DNA of 64,000 nt from Bacteroidales bacterium (GTDB lineage: Bacteria > Bacteroidota > Bacteroidia > Bacteroidales > GCA-2748055): NCBI GenBank assembly GCA_029938715.1, contig JAOZUK010000009.1:3504-67503 (forward strand), read 5' to 3'. The stretch's first letter is position 1. Every line of letters starts with the position of its first letter. The position numbers were made by a program, and so were the translations under genes. A model generated the notes under the pieces. That model was not told the DNA's origin. It made no database searches and worked only from the letters and a program-made list of their open reading frames with translations. Shown here piece by piece: positions 19,321-29,209 of this stretch.

Positions 19321-20207
19321 GGATTGATGTGCTTAACATTGTCATACAATGAATAATTATAATTTACTAACGTAAAACCATAAAGAGCCCAATTTGAAAA
19401 AGTCGGAGTAATTAGAGCTTCCTGAAGTGCAAATCCAGATCCCCCAGAGAATGCGAATGCAACGCAATCATTTAAAGATCCAACAATTACCTGTCCGTTA
19501 CCAACTTGATTCATAGGAGTACCATTTATCAAATCGCCAATTTTACCTATTGCACCTCCAAGGCTTGTTGGATATGCATTCGCTAACTGATGATTACCTC
19601 TTAAATACATTCTTAATCTTTGGGCATTTGCAACAGTACGACCTGCACCATCTATCATCAAAGGCACAGTTAAAGGAGTTGAAGTACCTGCAGTAAAGAA
19701 AGCAATGGCTCCACCAAAAGCTATTTCTGCAACACCTCCAGCCATAAGTAATGTTGCATTTATAATTCCACCTAGATTAGAATCCCCACTGTTCAAGGCA
19801 TCAATATAGATTCTGGTACTTTGTACACCAAAATCCCTTACATATCTGACATACTCATTCATATCAGCCTCTACTCTTACAAAACCTGTCCCCCAATATG
19901 GTGTTGATTTGTTATAGTAGTACTGGCGAGTTAATTCATCGAAATACTTCCATTCTCCAATTTCCCTATCAAAGTAGCCAGGACGATATTTGAGTGGGTC
20001 ACTTTGCGCTAAAGTCTGCCCCAAAGTGAAACTACCACCACCGAATGAACCATGATTATAAATTGAACTTCCACCACCACCTTGTTGAATGGCATTCCAG
20101 GACTCCCTCCATCTATTGGCACCGTAATCTATTGGCTCACTATTCTGGGAAGCATATTCGAGTGTACCAGGATTCGAAAGATAACCGAGGTATCCAGATG
20201 GATCCAC
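19317..20207 (-). CDS. Orphan Rhs C-terminal toxin cassette 1
   Basis: The track start is GTG inside the core-end homology. Upstream, the same frame reads LYWYSYVLNNPLKYVDPSGYLG back to about 20252, then reaches a stop. There is no independent ATG or promoter context. Confidence 0.6.
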   Translation of the reverse strand: MDPSGYLGYLSNPGTLEYASQNSEPIDYGANRWRESWNAIQQGGGGSSIYNHGSFGGGSFTLGQTLAQSDPLKYRPGYFDREIGEWKYFDELTRQYYYNKSTPYWGTGFVRVEADMNEYVRYVRDFGVQSTRIYIDALNSGDSNLGGIINATLLMAGGVAEIAFGGAIAFFTAGTSTPLTVPLMIDGAGRTVANAQRLRMYLRGNHQLANAYPTSLGGAIGKIGDLINGTPMNQVGNGQVIVGSLNDCVAFAFSGGSGFALQEALITPTFSNWALYGFTLVNYNYSLYDNVKHINP

Positions 20208-20305
20208 ATACTTCAGGGGGTTATTGAGGACATATGAATACCAGTAAAGCCAAAAACAACATCAACCTTATCAAAGAACTTGCTAATCTGCTAGGGAAAA
20301 TATCA

Positions 20306-20836
20306 TTACTCGTTTAATCCTATAAGATACAAATCAGCTTGATGATCTAAGACATAGGCATAGCCTTCAATTATATCTAAGATCTCATCCATGTATAACT
20401 CGCTACAAACAATATACCTAATATCGGCAAATTCATTTTCACTGGTGGGTTTATAATCGTATACGAGAAAATCAAGATCGCGATGTCTAAAGCAAGAATT
20501 AATACCGTTTCGCCTTAAATACAATATCGTCTGAAAAATCTGCTGATCTGTCTTCGTATAACCTTTTGCTTTTAGATTTTCGAACTTAAGAAATGTGGAA
20601 TCTAGTATTCCTATCTCCACATTGTCAATTCTAAGTAAATTATTTTCATCTAGATAATAATTCACTTCACTATAGTTCGATAAGTACCCATTCAGAAATG
20701 TTATTGTATCATTAATTTGTTTTGTTGAACATTTAAAAGAAATTTTATTCCTCTCTTTTGATGGTTCGCAGCTACCGAGAAGAACAAGAGTAGCCAATAT
20801 TATTATATTAAAGTATCTCATCAGTTTAATATTCAT
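20306..20836 (-). CDS. Putative immunity lipoprotein for the main Rhs toxin
   Basis: 176 aa with lipobox LLGSC. Its start overlaps the rhs stop by 11 nt. Confidence 0.5.
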   Translation of the reverse strand: MNIKLMRYFNIIILATLVLLGSCEPSKERNKISFKCSTKQINDTITFLNGYLSNYSEVNYYLDENNLLRIDNVEIGILDSTFLKFENLKAKGYTKTDQQIFQTILYLRRNGINSCFRHRDLDFLVYDYKPTSENEFADIRYIVCSELYMDEILDIIEGYAYVLDHQADLYLIGLNE

Positions 20837-23800
20837 GGAAGAATCCCATTATGATCAATTGTGTATCTCGAGTATGATCAAAATACCCTAACGAATTATT
20901 AAGATCAGGATCTAATTTCCGGATCTGATTTAAACCAGCACCTCTTAAAGCATCTTTAAGGGACAAACCAAAGGAACGTGCAGCAAGTCCAAAATTGTAA
21001 TTGCCGAAGTCATCGTATCTGAAGCTTTGTCCCCTGTAGAATCCATATTCAGAGCCAAGATTGGCTCTACTGAAAGATGTTCTTTTTATATCAAAAACTG
21101 CATGGTCATTTACTTTGCTTCTAAAGAATAGAAGTTTTCTAAGTCGATCTTTTGGAAATTCTCTGTCAAAACGATGTTTTGCTAACGAAAAATATATCAT
21201 AGTATTTGATAGCTGTTCATCAAATTCCGCGGTTACATCTTTATACCCATTACTGGACATAGGGATTTCCGTTATCTCCCAACCAAAATGGGATTCAACG
21301 ATATCAAGATCTTCGTTGTATCTAGTGCCAAAACCAACAAATTGTTTATCACTTTCAGAAATGCTTGAAGATGGATCTAGGTAACGGCTTCGAAACTCTC
21401 CGGTATTCATTCTTTTCCCGGAATATCTATTCACCATTTCTCCAGTAGGAGCTTTCCACCAACCTCCAGTTGGGTCGGTCTGAATATCAAACCAGTTATT
21501 TCCAAAACCGGAACCACCCCCATAGCTCGAAATCATATTCGGAGCCTGACTAAATCTGGAGTTATCACCATATGCATCGGCTTCTGAAAATGGAGAGTAC
21601 TTCGTTAATGTGGTTGGATCGCCGAGGTATCCACTTGGATCGACATACTTGAGTGGGTTGTTTAATACATAAGAATATCTATTGTAACTATTAGGATTTC
21701 CAGGAGCCTGTACAATCGGATCTGGACTCAGGAACCGGCCGAGTAACGGATCATAGATCCTACCGTTCATATTTATCAGATTGAAATCAGAAAGGTGTTC
21801 GTGCCCGGTGAATCCCCTGCCTGCAAATAAATAGCTGGTGTCTGATATTGTCCAGTCTGAGGCATTCCTGGGCATTCCCCATGCATTGAAACTGTAGTTC
21901 TTCACCTCACTGGTGGATGCATTCACAATGGCTGTCAAAGAACCCAAATGATCAGAGAGCACATAGTGCAATGTGTCGTTCCCTGATCCTTCCATAACAA
22001 ATATAGCTGTTAATCCAGTTCCGCCATAAATGTAATGGTACTTTTTAATCCCTGCAGAGGTGGAGTCTTCTTCATAATCTCCATTAAAGTATTTGACTCT
22101 TTCAACAATGCTATCCCTTGCTTGAGTAGTCTTTATTCTTTGGTTACCAAGACCATACTTAATATCCAGTTCCAATAAGCCTCCTCCTGAAAGAGTATCT
22201 GAAATTAAGGACATTTTGTTAAAGACATTATAACTAATATTTTGCGGAGGTGGATCGTAAGATTTATTTGGATTTTCAATAGATGTAAGGGCATGAGGTT
22301 TTTCGCCTTCACCGTAATTTATCGTTGAACTCACATCGGTTTTGGAAATTATATTCCCGCAGTTATCGTATCCAATATTCAAATCTGCTGTGGAAACATA
22401 TCCATTAGGATCGTAATAATCTATTCCAATCAGCCTGTTTAGATTATCATATTCGAAGACTTCCATCTGATCACTCCGATCATCTTTCCTGGAGGATAAG
22501 TTTCCCATATCATCAAATGTGTAACACATATCCATTACGCCAGCTGTATAAACCCGATTCAACTCACCATGCATATTATACGTTAATGATGTTGAATTTC
22601 CTCCCTGGGAATACGAGGTTATCTGTCCTAGAGAATTAGCATCATTGCAACTCCAAAGCGTTAGCCCATTCCCCCTAACTTGATCCAAATCGCCATTCGA
22701 AGTATATGCATACTCTAGCTCAAAATCTGATGGATATGTTCTGGTCATCGGTCTACCAAACCAATCATATGTAAAAGTATTTGTGAAGGTTTTGTTTACC
22801 CCTGTTCGTGTATGAGTAAGTAACATACCATAATCCGAATCATAGGTATACACCTCCTGAAGTGAATGATCACTGTTGTACACAGAATCTAACTGTCCAA
22901 AAGCAGCAGTGGTCGTATCTGTGACATAGGAATAGAAAATATCCCCCCGAGCATCTGTGAGCTTGGTAGTTCTTCCTGCCACATCATACTGATAGGTTGT
23001 TGTATCATTCTTTGCATTTATCTGCCTTAGCAGTTGTCCAAACGCATCATACATTGAGGTAATGGTTCCAGCGTCTGGATCAGAGATTGAGGTGCGATTC
23101 CCTTGAGCATCATAACTGAAACTAGTTGTATCAGATGTATGAGTACTTACATAAGAGAATTTGAGTTTGCCATCCGGATAGTAACTGTAGTGAACAACAT
23201 TATCTATATTATCCTCACTTTGAGTGGTTTCACCCATAGCATTAACCAGCTTGCTAGTTTCGATAGTATCAGAACCTTTTATTGTGGTTACAGTGGTCCT
23301 CAGGAGTGAATAATTATAAGTTGATACTGCCGTATCTGGAGAAGTTACTGTTAACATCCTGCCGAAATTGTCATACGTTATGGTTGTCCAGAGTGGAGAA
23401 TTGGTAGAATAGTAAGGCATAGATTTTTGGGATACCCTACCTTTGGTATCATACTTCGTATCTACATAGATGGAATCATTATTGAAACCCATAGCTACTG
23501 ACCGAAGTTCTCTTCCTCGTTCATCAAAGAATTTAAGAGCTGGTGATGTCCCCGAAACTGCCGTCCAATTATAAAACAGAGCGCTGTCAGGACTGCTGGG
23601 GTGATCATGAGCCCAGAATAGTCTGGATGATTTTTCAATTAGATTCGGTCCCGTGATCTTCTTCATCGCCCCAAAGGGACCATATTCCAATGTTGTATTA
23701 GTTCTATTTGGAGTTGTCTGTGATTCAAGCATTCCTGTAGAGGAGTCGTACTCATATGTTGTCTTATAATCAAGGGGCCCTTCCTTTGACAATAAAAACC

Positions 23801-26800
23801 GGCCATCGGATGAATAGGTCAGATCAGTTTCAATTGAAGTCACTGAAAGATTTGCACCACGTTTCCCAGATGTTTCTATTGTCTTCGGATTTCCATAAGA
23901 ATCAAAATCACTATACGAGGTTACTATTTCACGATCACTCTTATAAAAGTCCTTTTTCTGGATAAAATTTCCTTTAGTGGATTCATAGGAATAGTAGATA
24001 CTATCAGTCTCGCTATTACCATTTCTAGTGTATGTCTTGCTTACATACTGAGGTAAAGCATTCACATACCAGCCTGCGCTGATGTAGTCATATTTTTCCG
24101 TTATTGTTGCCTCACCGTTCACATTCATTCCCTTTTCAGAGATAAATCCATCATTATTGTAGTCAAACGAATTAGTCGTAGTAGTTCCTGCCTGGACATT
24201 CTGAATAGTTACTGAATCGGTTTTCACCAAATACTTGTGGACATCTATACTATCAATTGATGTATGTGTATCTGTAAATTGTAGATAACCCGCTACCGAA
24301 CTAATTGTATCAGAAACCGAATAGCTATGAAAAAAGGTTGTATCATAATCTAACCAGGACACCTTCGAGATATCTGATAAATCATTTTCCACCTTCCTCT
24401 TCGCAAACCCAAGAAAGCCTTTGCCCTCCAAATGGATCTTTGCTCCTTGATAATTATACTCTATAAATGATGAATCAGCCACCCCATTATCTGAAGATAT
24501 ACTGCTAAGTACATACCAAGGGGCAATAAAATCTATCACCGGAAATATGGCCGTGTTTTCTTTTTTGTAAACCGAGGAGTTGGTGAGTGGTTTATAAGAA
24601 TATCTTGTTTCAATCCCTAATCCATTGGTTATGGAAGTAACAAAATGACCAGGCTTACCAGAATCAACAAAACAAATTTTCTTATCGTTTTTTGGATCAA
24701 CTAATTCAACTATTCCATCCCCGTTAAAATCACCCTCTTTAACATCCTCCCCTAATTTAAAATTGCAGTTAACCGAATCGTAATTATAAGAAATTGTGGT
24801 ACCAGTTATAGAAGGCTTGAAATCATAAAAAATCATTTTCAGTGTATCCTTGCTGAATATGAGTAATTCATTTCTCCCATTTGCATCAATATCTGAGGCG
24901 ATGGCCTTACTGAAGATAGAATCATGACCATCGTAATGCCCTAAACTCACCCTTGGGCCCCTAGATGCGAGGTGATCAATAAAAAGCTCTCGACCTAGAC
25001 TTTCATCAGGGTAGGTAACCGAAGTTTCAGATCGAAATGAAGACCAACAATCGAGGTCGTCAACGTCATTGCATGACACTGAGAGATAAGTTTCATATTC
25101 ATATTCTAATCCATATGCTTCTAAAAAATCCTCCCATTCGGTAATAATATCGGGAAAAGTACACCCTCCAATTGATGTACAATATTCTCCCCAAAGGGAG
25201 GAAACACTAACCGTAATGGAATCAAACTCCTCATTTCCAAGAGAAACATAACCTGAAATTCCATCACCATTTAAATCGATTGATCCCAGATAACCACTAT
25301 TGATGGTATTCTCGTAAGCAAAACTATCAGCTTCAGGCTGGTATAGCATTATATGAAAAAAGGTACTGCTGTCCTGAATATAATCGTAAAAGCCATCACC
25401 GTTAAGCTCCATCCACTCTGGGTCCACTTCGGTCCCCAGCACATGGGTCCGTTTTTCATAATTGTCATCTATATACTGTACTTTTTTATCAATACAGAAT
25501 GGACTGTAACCTAGCTTCAAAATATCTGGTGAATAGTCCATTTCTAATTTAAGACCAAGGTTATCCGGCCCATATTTGAGAGTTCTGACCCGTTGAAAAT
25601 ATGTAGAGGCATCAATATCAAAGTTGATAAAGCGACATACATTGTAATCCAATACAATAGAGTCGGGATAACTATACTTATTTGAATCGCCCCCACAATT
25701 CGCATTTACATAGTCTATCCCATTAAATATGTTATAGTTATCACTTAAATGTGGTATTAGTGGACTCCATTCCAATACCTCAACCATCAGTTCCATAATC
25801 CCATCTCCATCAAAATCTCCAGCACTTACATTCTCGATATCATTGAAGTTATATGTATCTGGAATTGATGATCCATTACAATGAACAATACACATCTGCC
25901 TTAGTTCTGACCAACCCTCATAAACATAGGAGCGAGGAAGAATATCCGAAAAATCATGGACAGTTTTTATACCTACTGTTGAGCCCTTATACAGATAGTA
26001 AACCCAGTTATCTGTGTTAACGGTGACCAAGTCCGTATAGCCATCCCCAGTAAAATCACCTGAGAAATCCAGATAGTCCGGCCCTGAATTAATATATGTG
26101 GTACTGGGGGTTTGTTCCATATTTGGAACTGGGAATTCCCAATTTATTTTTGTTGCATTGAACCTGTAGTTATCTTTATCATATTGGACAATCTCGTCCA
26201 GGAGGGTTTCACTTTTGGTAGTATCATAAAAAAACTCATATTTGCCGAAGGACTCATTGTAAGATTCAATTGTAATATCTTTGAGCAACTGGTCGTTTAC
26301 AATAAGATCGTTATGGATGTAGCCATAACTGATATCATCCCGGGTGGTGTAGTGAAACGAAATAGTATTGACTGGGAATGAGGGAGCTTTTCCACCATAT
26401 TTTATTTCAGAAAGAAGGATCTCGCCAGTATCCTCATCTATCTCATAAGTGTATTCAATGGAATTACCGTTTCGGTCAGATACTTTATTTAACATCCATT
26501 TCCACTCAGTTGAAGCATCAAGTGATAATCTTGAATTTGCGGTGAATCCATATTCCATTGTACGCCCATCTGGAGTTGTGACTTTGAACCAAAATAGGTC
26601 ATAGTAAATTTGCTCCCTTGTGATCTTGATATTTGAGACATGCTCAGTTCTGAAGGAATCTGCATCCAAGCCTGCACTATTTAATGCTATTAGTCTTTGT
26701 CCATCCCAGGCAACTCGACATTCACTATTGGTATCAGAAATTATTGAGCTTTCATTATCATAATACTTTGTTTTCCCGACAGCCACAATCGACGAGAGCC

Positions 26801-27260
26801 CAGACAAACTCCATCCCCTCCCTAATAGTCCATTTCCTGCCTGGCTGTTATAAGTAATGGCAAGCTGGGGAACCATTCCTTTATTTCCTGAAGGAACCTC
26901 TATGGGGATGCTATAGGTCGCTGCCCCTGTTGGGCTTACTCCGGGTTGTCCATTTATCGTGCCTACAATAAAACTTCCATCCAGTGTACCTATGGAGTCA
27001 AGGGTATTGCCAGGTGGAACAGTGTGAGGAGGTTCTTCAATATTCCAGGGATCGGCATTGGCTATAAAGGAGCCATTGCCGTTGGATGAAAATGTGAAGC
27101 CGGCATCCAGGGTAATAGTATTGTGAGCAACGATCTCCACATTATCATAATGCGAAAAAATGGTATCCACCGTAACTGTTTGATTGTATATAAGTGTATC
27201 GTTAGCAAGAACCTGAACCGATACAGATAGAAGCAATAGGGTTGGGAGGATTTGTTTCAT
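20826..27260 (-). CDS. Rhs/YD-repeat polymorphic toxin with SpvB-like N-terminal, FG-GAP/VCBS and TcdB-mid-like regions
   Basis: Signal peptide MKQILPTLLLLSVSVQVLA (ATG at 27260; the track TTG is at 27269). SpvB-like block GMVPQLAITYNSQAGNGLLGRGWSLSG. Several GDFxGDG repeats and many YD repeats (YxYDxxGN). Rhs core end GRIYDPLLGRFLSPDP...YVLNNPLKYVDPSGY, followed by a ~265-aa variable tip. Confidence 0.9.
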   Translation of the reverse strand: MKQILPTLLLLSVSVQVLANDTLIYNQTVTVDTIFSHYDNVEIVAHNTITLDAGFTFSSNGNGSFIANADPWNIEEPPHTVPPGNTLDSIGTLDGSFIVGTINGQPGVSPTGAATYSIPIEVPSGNKGMVPQLAITYNSQAGNGLLGRGWSLSGLSSIVAVGKTKYYDNESSIISDTNSECRVAWDGQRLIALNSAGLDADSFRTEHVSNIKITREQIYYDLFWFKVTTPDGRTMEYGFTANSRLSLDASTEWKWMLNKVSDRNGNSIEYTYEIDEDTGEILLSEIKYGGKAPSFPVNTISFHYTTRDDISYGYIHNDLIVNDQLLKDITIESYNESFGKYEFFYDTTKSETLLDEIVQYDKDNYRFNATKINWEFPVPNMEQTPSTTYINSGPDYLDFSGDFTGDGYTDLVTVNTDNWVYYLYKGSTVGIKTVHDFSDILPRSYVYEGWSELRQMCIVHCNGSSIPDTYNFNDIENVSAGDFDGDGIMELMVEVLEWSPLIPHLSDNYNIFNGIDYVNANCGGDSNKYSYPDSIVLDYNVCRFINFDIDASTYFQRVRTLKYGPDNLGLKLEMDYSPDILKLGYSPFCIDKKVQYIDDNYEKRTHVLGTEVDPEWMELNGDGFYDYIQDSSTFFHIMLYQPEADSFAYENTINSGYLGSIDLNGDGISGYVSLGNEEFDSITVSVSSLWGEYCTSIGGCTFPDIITEWEDFLEAYGLEYEYETYLSVSCNDVDDLDCWSSFRSETSVTYPDESLGRELFIDHLASRGPRVSLGHYDGHDSIFSKAIASDIDANGRNELLIFSKDTLKMIFYDFKPSITGTTISYNYDSVNCNFKLGEDVKEGDFNGDGIVELVDPKNDKKICFVDSGKPGHFVTSITNGLGIETRYSYKPLTNSSVYKKENTAIFPVIDFIAPWYVLSSISSDNGVADSSFIEYNYQGAKIHLEGKGFLGFAKRKVENDLSDISKVSWLDYDTTFFHSYSVSDTISSVAGYLQFTDTHTSIDSIDVHKYLVKTDSVTIQNVQAGTTTTNSFDYNNDGFISEKGMNVNGEATITEKYDYISAGWYVNALPQYVSKTYTRNGNSETDSIYYSYESTKGNFIQKKDFYKSDREIVTSYSDFDSYGNPKTIETSGKRGANLSVTSIETDLTYSSDGRFLLSKEGPLDYKTTYEYDSSTGMLESQTTPNRTNTTLEYGPFGAMKKITGPNLIEKSSRLFWAHDHPSSPDSALFYNWTAVSGTSPALKFFDERGRELRSVAMGFNNDSIYVDTKYDTKGRVSQKSMPYYSTNSPLWTTITYDNFGRMLTVTSPDTAVSTYNYSLLRTTVTTIKGSDTIETSKLVNAMGETTQSEDNIDNVVHYSYYPDGKLKFSYVSTHTSDTTSFSYDAQGNRTSISDPDAGTITSMYDAFGQLLRQINAKNDTTTYQYDVAGRTTKLTDARGDIFYSYVTDTTTAAFGQLDSVYNSDHSLQEVYTYDSDYGMLLTHTRTGVNKTFTNTFTYDWFGRPMTRTYPSDFELEYAYTSNGDLDQVRGNGLTLWSCNDANSLGQITSYSQGGNSTSLTYNMHGELNRVYTAGVMDMCYTFDDMGNLSSRKDDRSDQMEVFEYDNLNRLIGIDYYDPNGYVSTADLNIGYDNCGNIISKTDVSSTINYGEGEKPHALTSIENPNKSYDPPPQNISYNVFNKMSLISDTLSGGGLLELDIKYGLGNQRIKTTQARDSIVERVKYFNGDYEEDSTSAGIKKYHYIYGGTGLTAIFVMEGSGNDTLHYVLSDHLGSLTAIVNASTSEVKNYSFNAWGMPRNASDWTISDTSYLFAGRGFTGHEHLSDFNLINMNGRIYDPLLGRFLSPDPIVQAPGNPNSYNRYSYVLNNPLKYVDPSGYLGDPTTLTKYSPFSEADAYGDNSRFSQAPNMISSYGGGSGFGNNWFDIQTDPTGGWWKAPTGEMVNRYSGKRMNTGEFRSRYLDPSSSISESDKQFVGFGTRYNEDLDIVESHFGWEITEIPMSSNGYKDVTAEFDEQLSNTMIYFSLAKHRFDREFPKDRLRKLLFFRSKVNDHAVFDIKRTSFSRANLGSEYGFYRGQSFRYDDFGNYNFGLAARSFGLSLKDALRGAGLNQIRKLDPDLNNSLGYFDHTRDTQLIIMGFFHEY

Positions 27261-27283
27261 GGTGTGCAAGGTGTTTGTGGGGA

Positions 27284-27721
27284 TCAGTTCTTAACAATTA
27301 TCCACTCTTTGTGCCTGTTTCCGTAAATGAGCTTCAGGATATAGGTTCCAACAGGGAGCATACTAACATCAATCTCGTTGGTCGACTGGGAGGCGATTCT
27401 CTGAATCACCTGCTTGCCAAGGTTGTTGTAGATGATAATCATCCTTTGATCCTCTTCCATGGCAATTTCATTGAGGGTGACGTACAAGGTGTGAGAAGCC
27501 GGGTTTGGATACACATTCAGGCCTTCTTCCGATTCAATTTCTTCATCCACAGTGGTTACTTCCGCACTTTTCTTGGCCTGTACATAATATGTAATCGTTC
27601 TCTCGGTACGGTTTCCAGCAGAGTCGTATGTAAAACTAATCTCTGTAATGGAATCTGATTGGGCAAAAAGATTGGTACAGGAGAATATAATCCCACATGC
27701 CATTAGATAAATTGCTCTCAT
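27284..27721 (-). CDS. Small secreted protein with T9SS C-terminal sorting domain
   Basis: 145 aa with a signal peptide and a CTD-like tail LNVYPNPASHTLYV...GTYILKLIYGNRHKEWIIVKN. It ends 23 nt upstream of the rhs ATG. Confidence 0.6.
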   Translation of the reverse strand: MRAIYLMACGIIFSCTNLFAQSDSITEISFTYDSAGNRTERTITYYVQAKKSAEVTTVDEEIESEEGLNVYPNPASHTLYVTLNEIAMEEDQRMIIIYNNLGKQVIQRIASQSTNEIDVSMLPVGTYILKLIYGNRHKEWIIVKN

Positions 27722-27731
27722 ATCAAGGGGA

Positions 27732-28904
27732 TTAGTTGGTGGTTTCCGGATTCTTCAGCTTATCAATCTCTTCTTTCAGTACTTTAATATCCTCAGCCTG
27801 TGCTTTTAGTACACCATCCATGCTTTGAATGGTTTCAGACTGAGAATGAACAAGCTCTTCTAATATTTGGATAGTACTAGCTTGCAACTGTACAGATTCT
27901 TCCATGGTCTGGATGGCAGTGTCTTGAAATTGCAGAGATTCTTCCAAGAATATGATAGCTTCTGACTGGGATTGTAAAGCTTCCTCATGAGCCTGAAATT
28001 TCTTGGTTAGATCGTTTACGGATTCATCCTGTTCTTTTATTGCTTCAACCAATACCGGTATAAGACCAATGTAATTGACACTTAAGTATCCATCCTGCCC
28101 CTTCTTTACAAGTTCGGGATAAAACTGCTGAACCTCTTGGGCCGAGAAACCAATCTGATCTTTTGTGTACCTATCTTCCGTATATTCTTTAGTACGGGGA
28201 TCAATTTTCATTGTATCGGCCACTTCGGGAGGAATCGAATTTAGCTCAGCTGGAGTTTTAAACTTATACTTTATAGCGGTAAGGTTTTTTAGCTTGACTA
28301 ATTGATTGGAATCCTCTAACTTGAGTGGTCTAACATCTTTTTTAAGAGTTATGTCTGAATTGTTAGTAAATCCGTCTACAGTAAGATGGCCAGCTATTTT
28401 CACTTCATCCGTAAAATAACCTGCATATCTCCCGGATATCCCAACTTCTGACCCATTGATACAGCCGAAGACAGCTGCACCGTTCCGGGTTCCATACAGA
28501 TAGCCAAACACTCCGTAATTGTATCCGGAAATCCCATTTCCGGCGATGCCTCGTAATCCAAAGGTCCGGTAATTTGTTTGAGTTGAAGAAGTTGCTTGAA
28601 ATTGAGCTCCCACAAGCTTATATCCTCCATTGTGTGCTATGTGGCCCCAAACTGAAAAGGAATAATCGCTTCCATTGTCTCCACTAGCGCTTTTATTAAA
28701 CTGCGCACAACGTTGACTACTTGTCGTCGTGTTGTTCTCTACATACAGAGTACTATAAGTATTACCCTCTCCATTAATTGATAATTCACTGGCCGGAGTC
28801 GTCTCTCCGATTCCAACGTTGTTGTCATCAGCAACAGTCAGTTGAGCATGCATTTGGATCAATAATCCTACAAGAAAAAGAAAAGTAATTTTAAATCGTT
28901 TCAT
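27732..28904 (-). CDS. Tail-fibre-domain (peptidase S74 intramolecular-chaperone-like) protein with C-terminal coiled-coil repeats
   Basis: Signal peptide. S74-like block SDITLKKDVRPL...AIKYKFK...GFSAQEVQQFYPELV...YIGLIPVLVEAIKEQ. Followed by five ~14-aa Q/E-rich repeats. Confidence 0.7.
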   Translation of the reverse strand: MKRFKITFLFLVGLLIQMHAQLTVADDNNVGIGETTPASELSINGEGNTYSTLYVENNTTTSSQRCAQFNKSASGDNGSDYSFSVWGHIAHNGGYKLVGAQFQATSSTQTNYRTFGLRGIAGNGISGYNYGVFGYLYGTRNGAAVFGCINGSEVGISGRYAGYFTDEVKIAGHLTVDGFTNNSDITLKKDVRPLKLEDSNQLVKLKNLTAIKYKFKTPAELNSIPPEVADTMKIDPRTKEYTEDRYTKDQIGFSAQEVQQFYPELVKKGQDGYLSVNYIGLIPVLVEAIKEQDESVNDLTKKFQAHEEALQSQSEAIIFLEESLQFQDTAIQTMEESVQLQASTIQILEELVHSQSETIQSMDGVLKAQAEDIKVLKEEIDKLKNPETTN

Positions 28905-29002
28905 AGTTTTTGGGTATTATTTTTCGACTTATAAAATTTCAATGTGACTTATGAAATTCAGCATCAAGGTTGGATCCACTTGGATTCAGTTTTGGTAGCG
29001 AA

Positions 29003-29209
29003 TCACTTTTTATGACAGGCAGGACAACAATATGCGCATCCATCTGCGGTGCTATAGAATGTTTTGGCTTTTTGTACTGCACCATGGCAGGATTCATATG
29101 TTCCTAGGTAAGTCTTGCTGGTTACTTTTGCCAGCCAAATACATCCATATTTGTGAACTTCATGGTCTCCATTGGCTTGTGCACGATCATTTACGTAGTA
29201 TTGAGGCAT
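29003..29209 (-). CDS. Small Cys/His-rich hypothetical protein
   Basis: 68 aa: MPQYYVNDRAQANGDHEVHKYGC...CHGA...DGCAYCCPACHKK. It has a zinc-binding look, but no function was recognised. Confidence 0.4.
   Translation of the reverse strand: MPQYYVNDRAQANGDHEVHKYGCIWLAKVTSKTYLGTYESCHGAVQKAKTFYSTADGCAYCCPACHKK

Noticed and set aside
21061-27658. Short ORFs within or antisense to the rhs gene and its upstream neighbour (21061..21384, 23103..23309, 23756..23965, 26112..26381, 26489..26677, 27242..27658).
   Set aside because: They are embedded in a continuous 6.4-kb ORF with repeat structure. No independent support.
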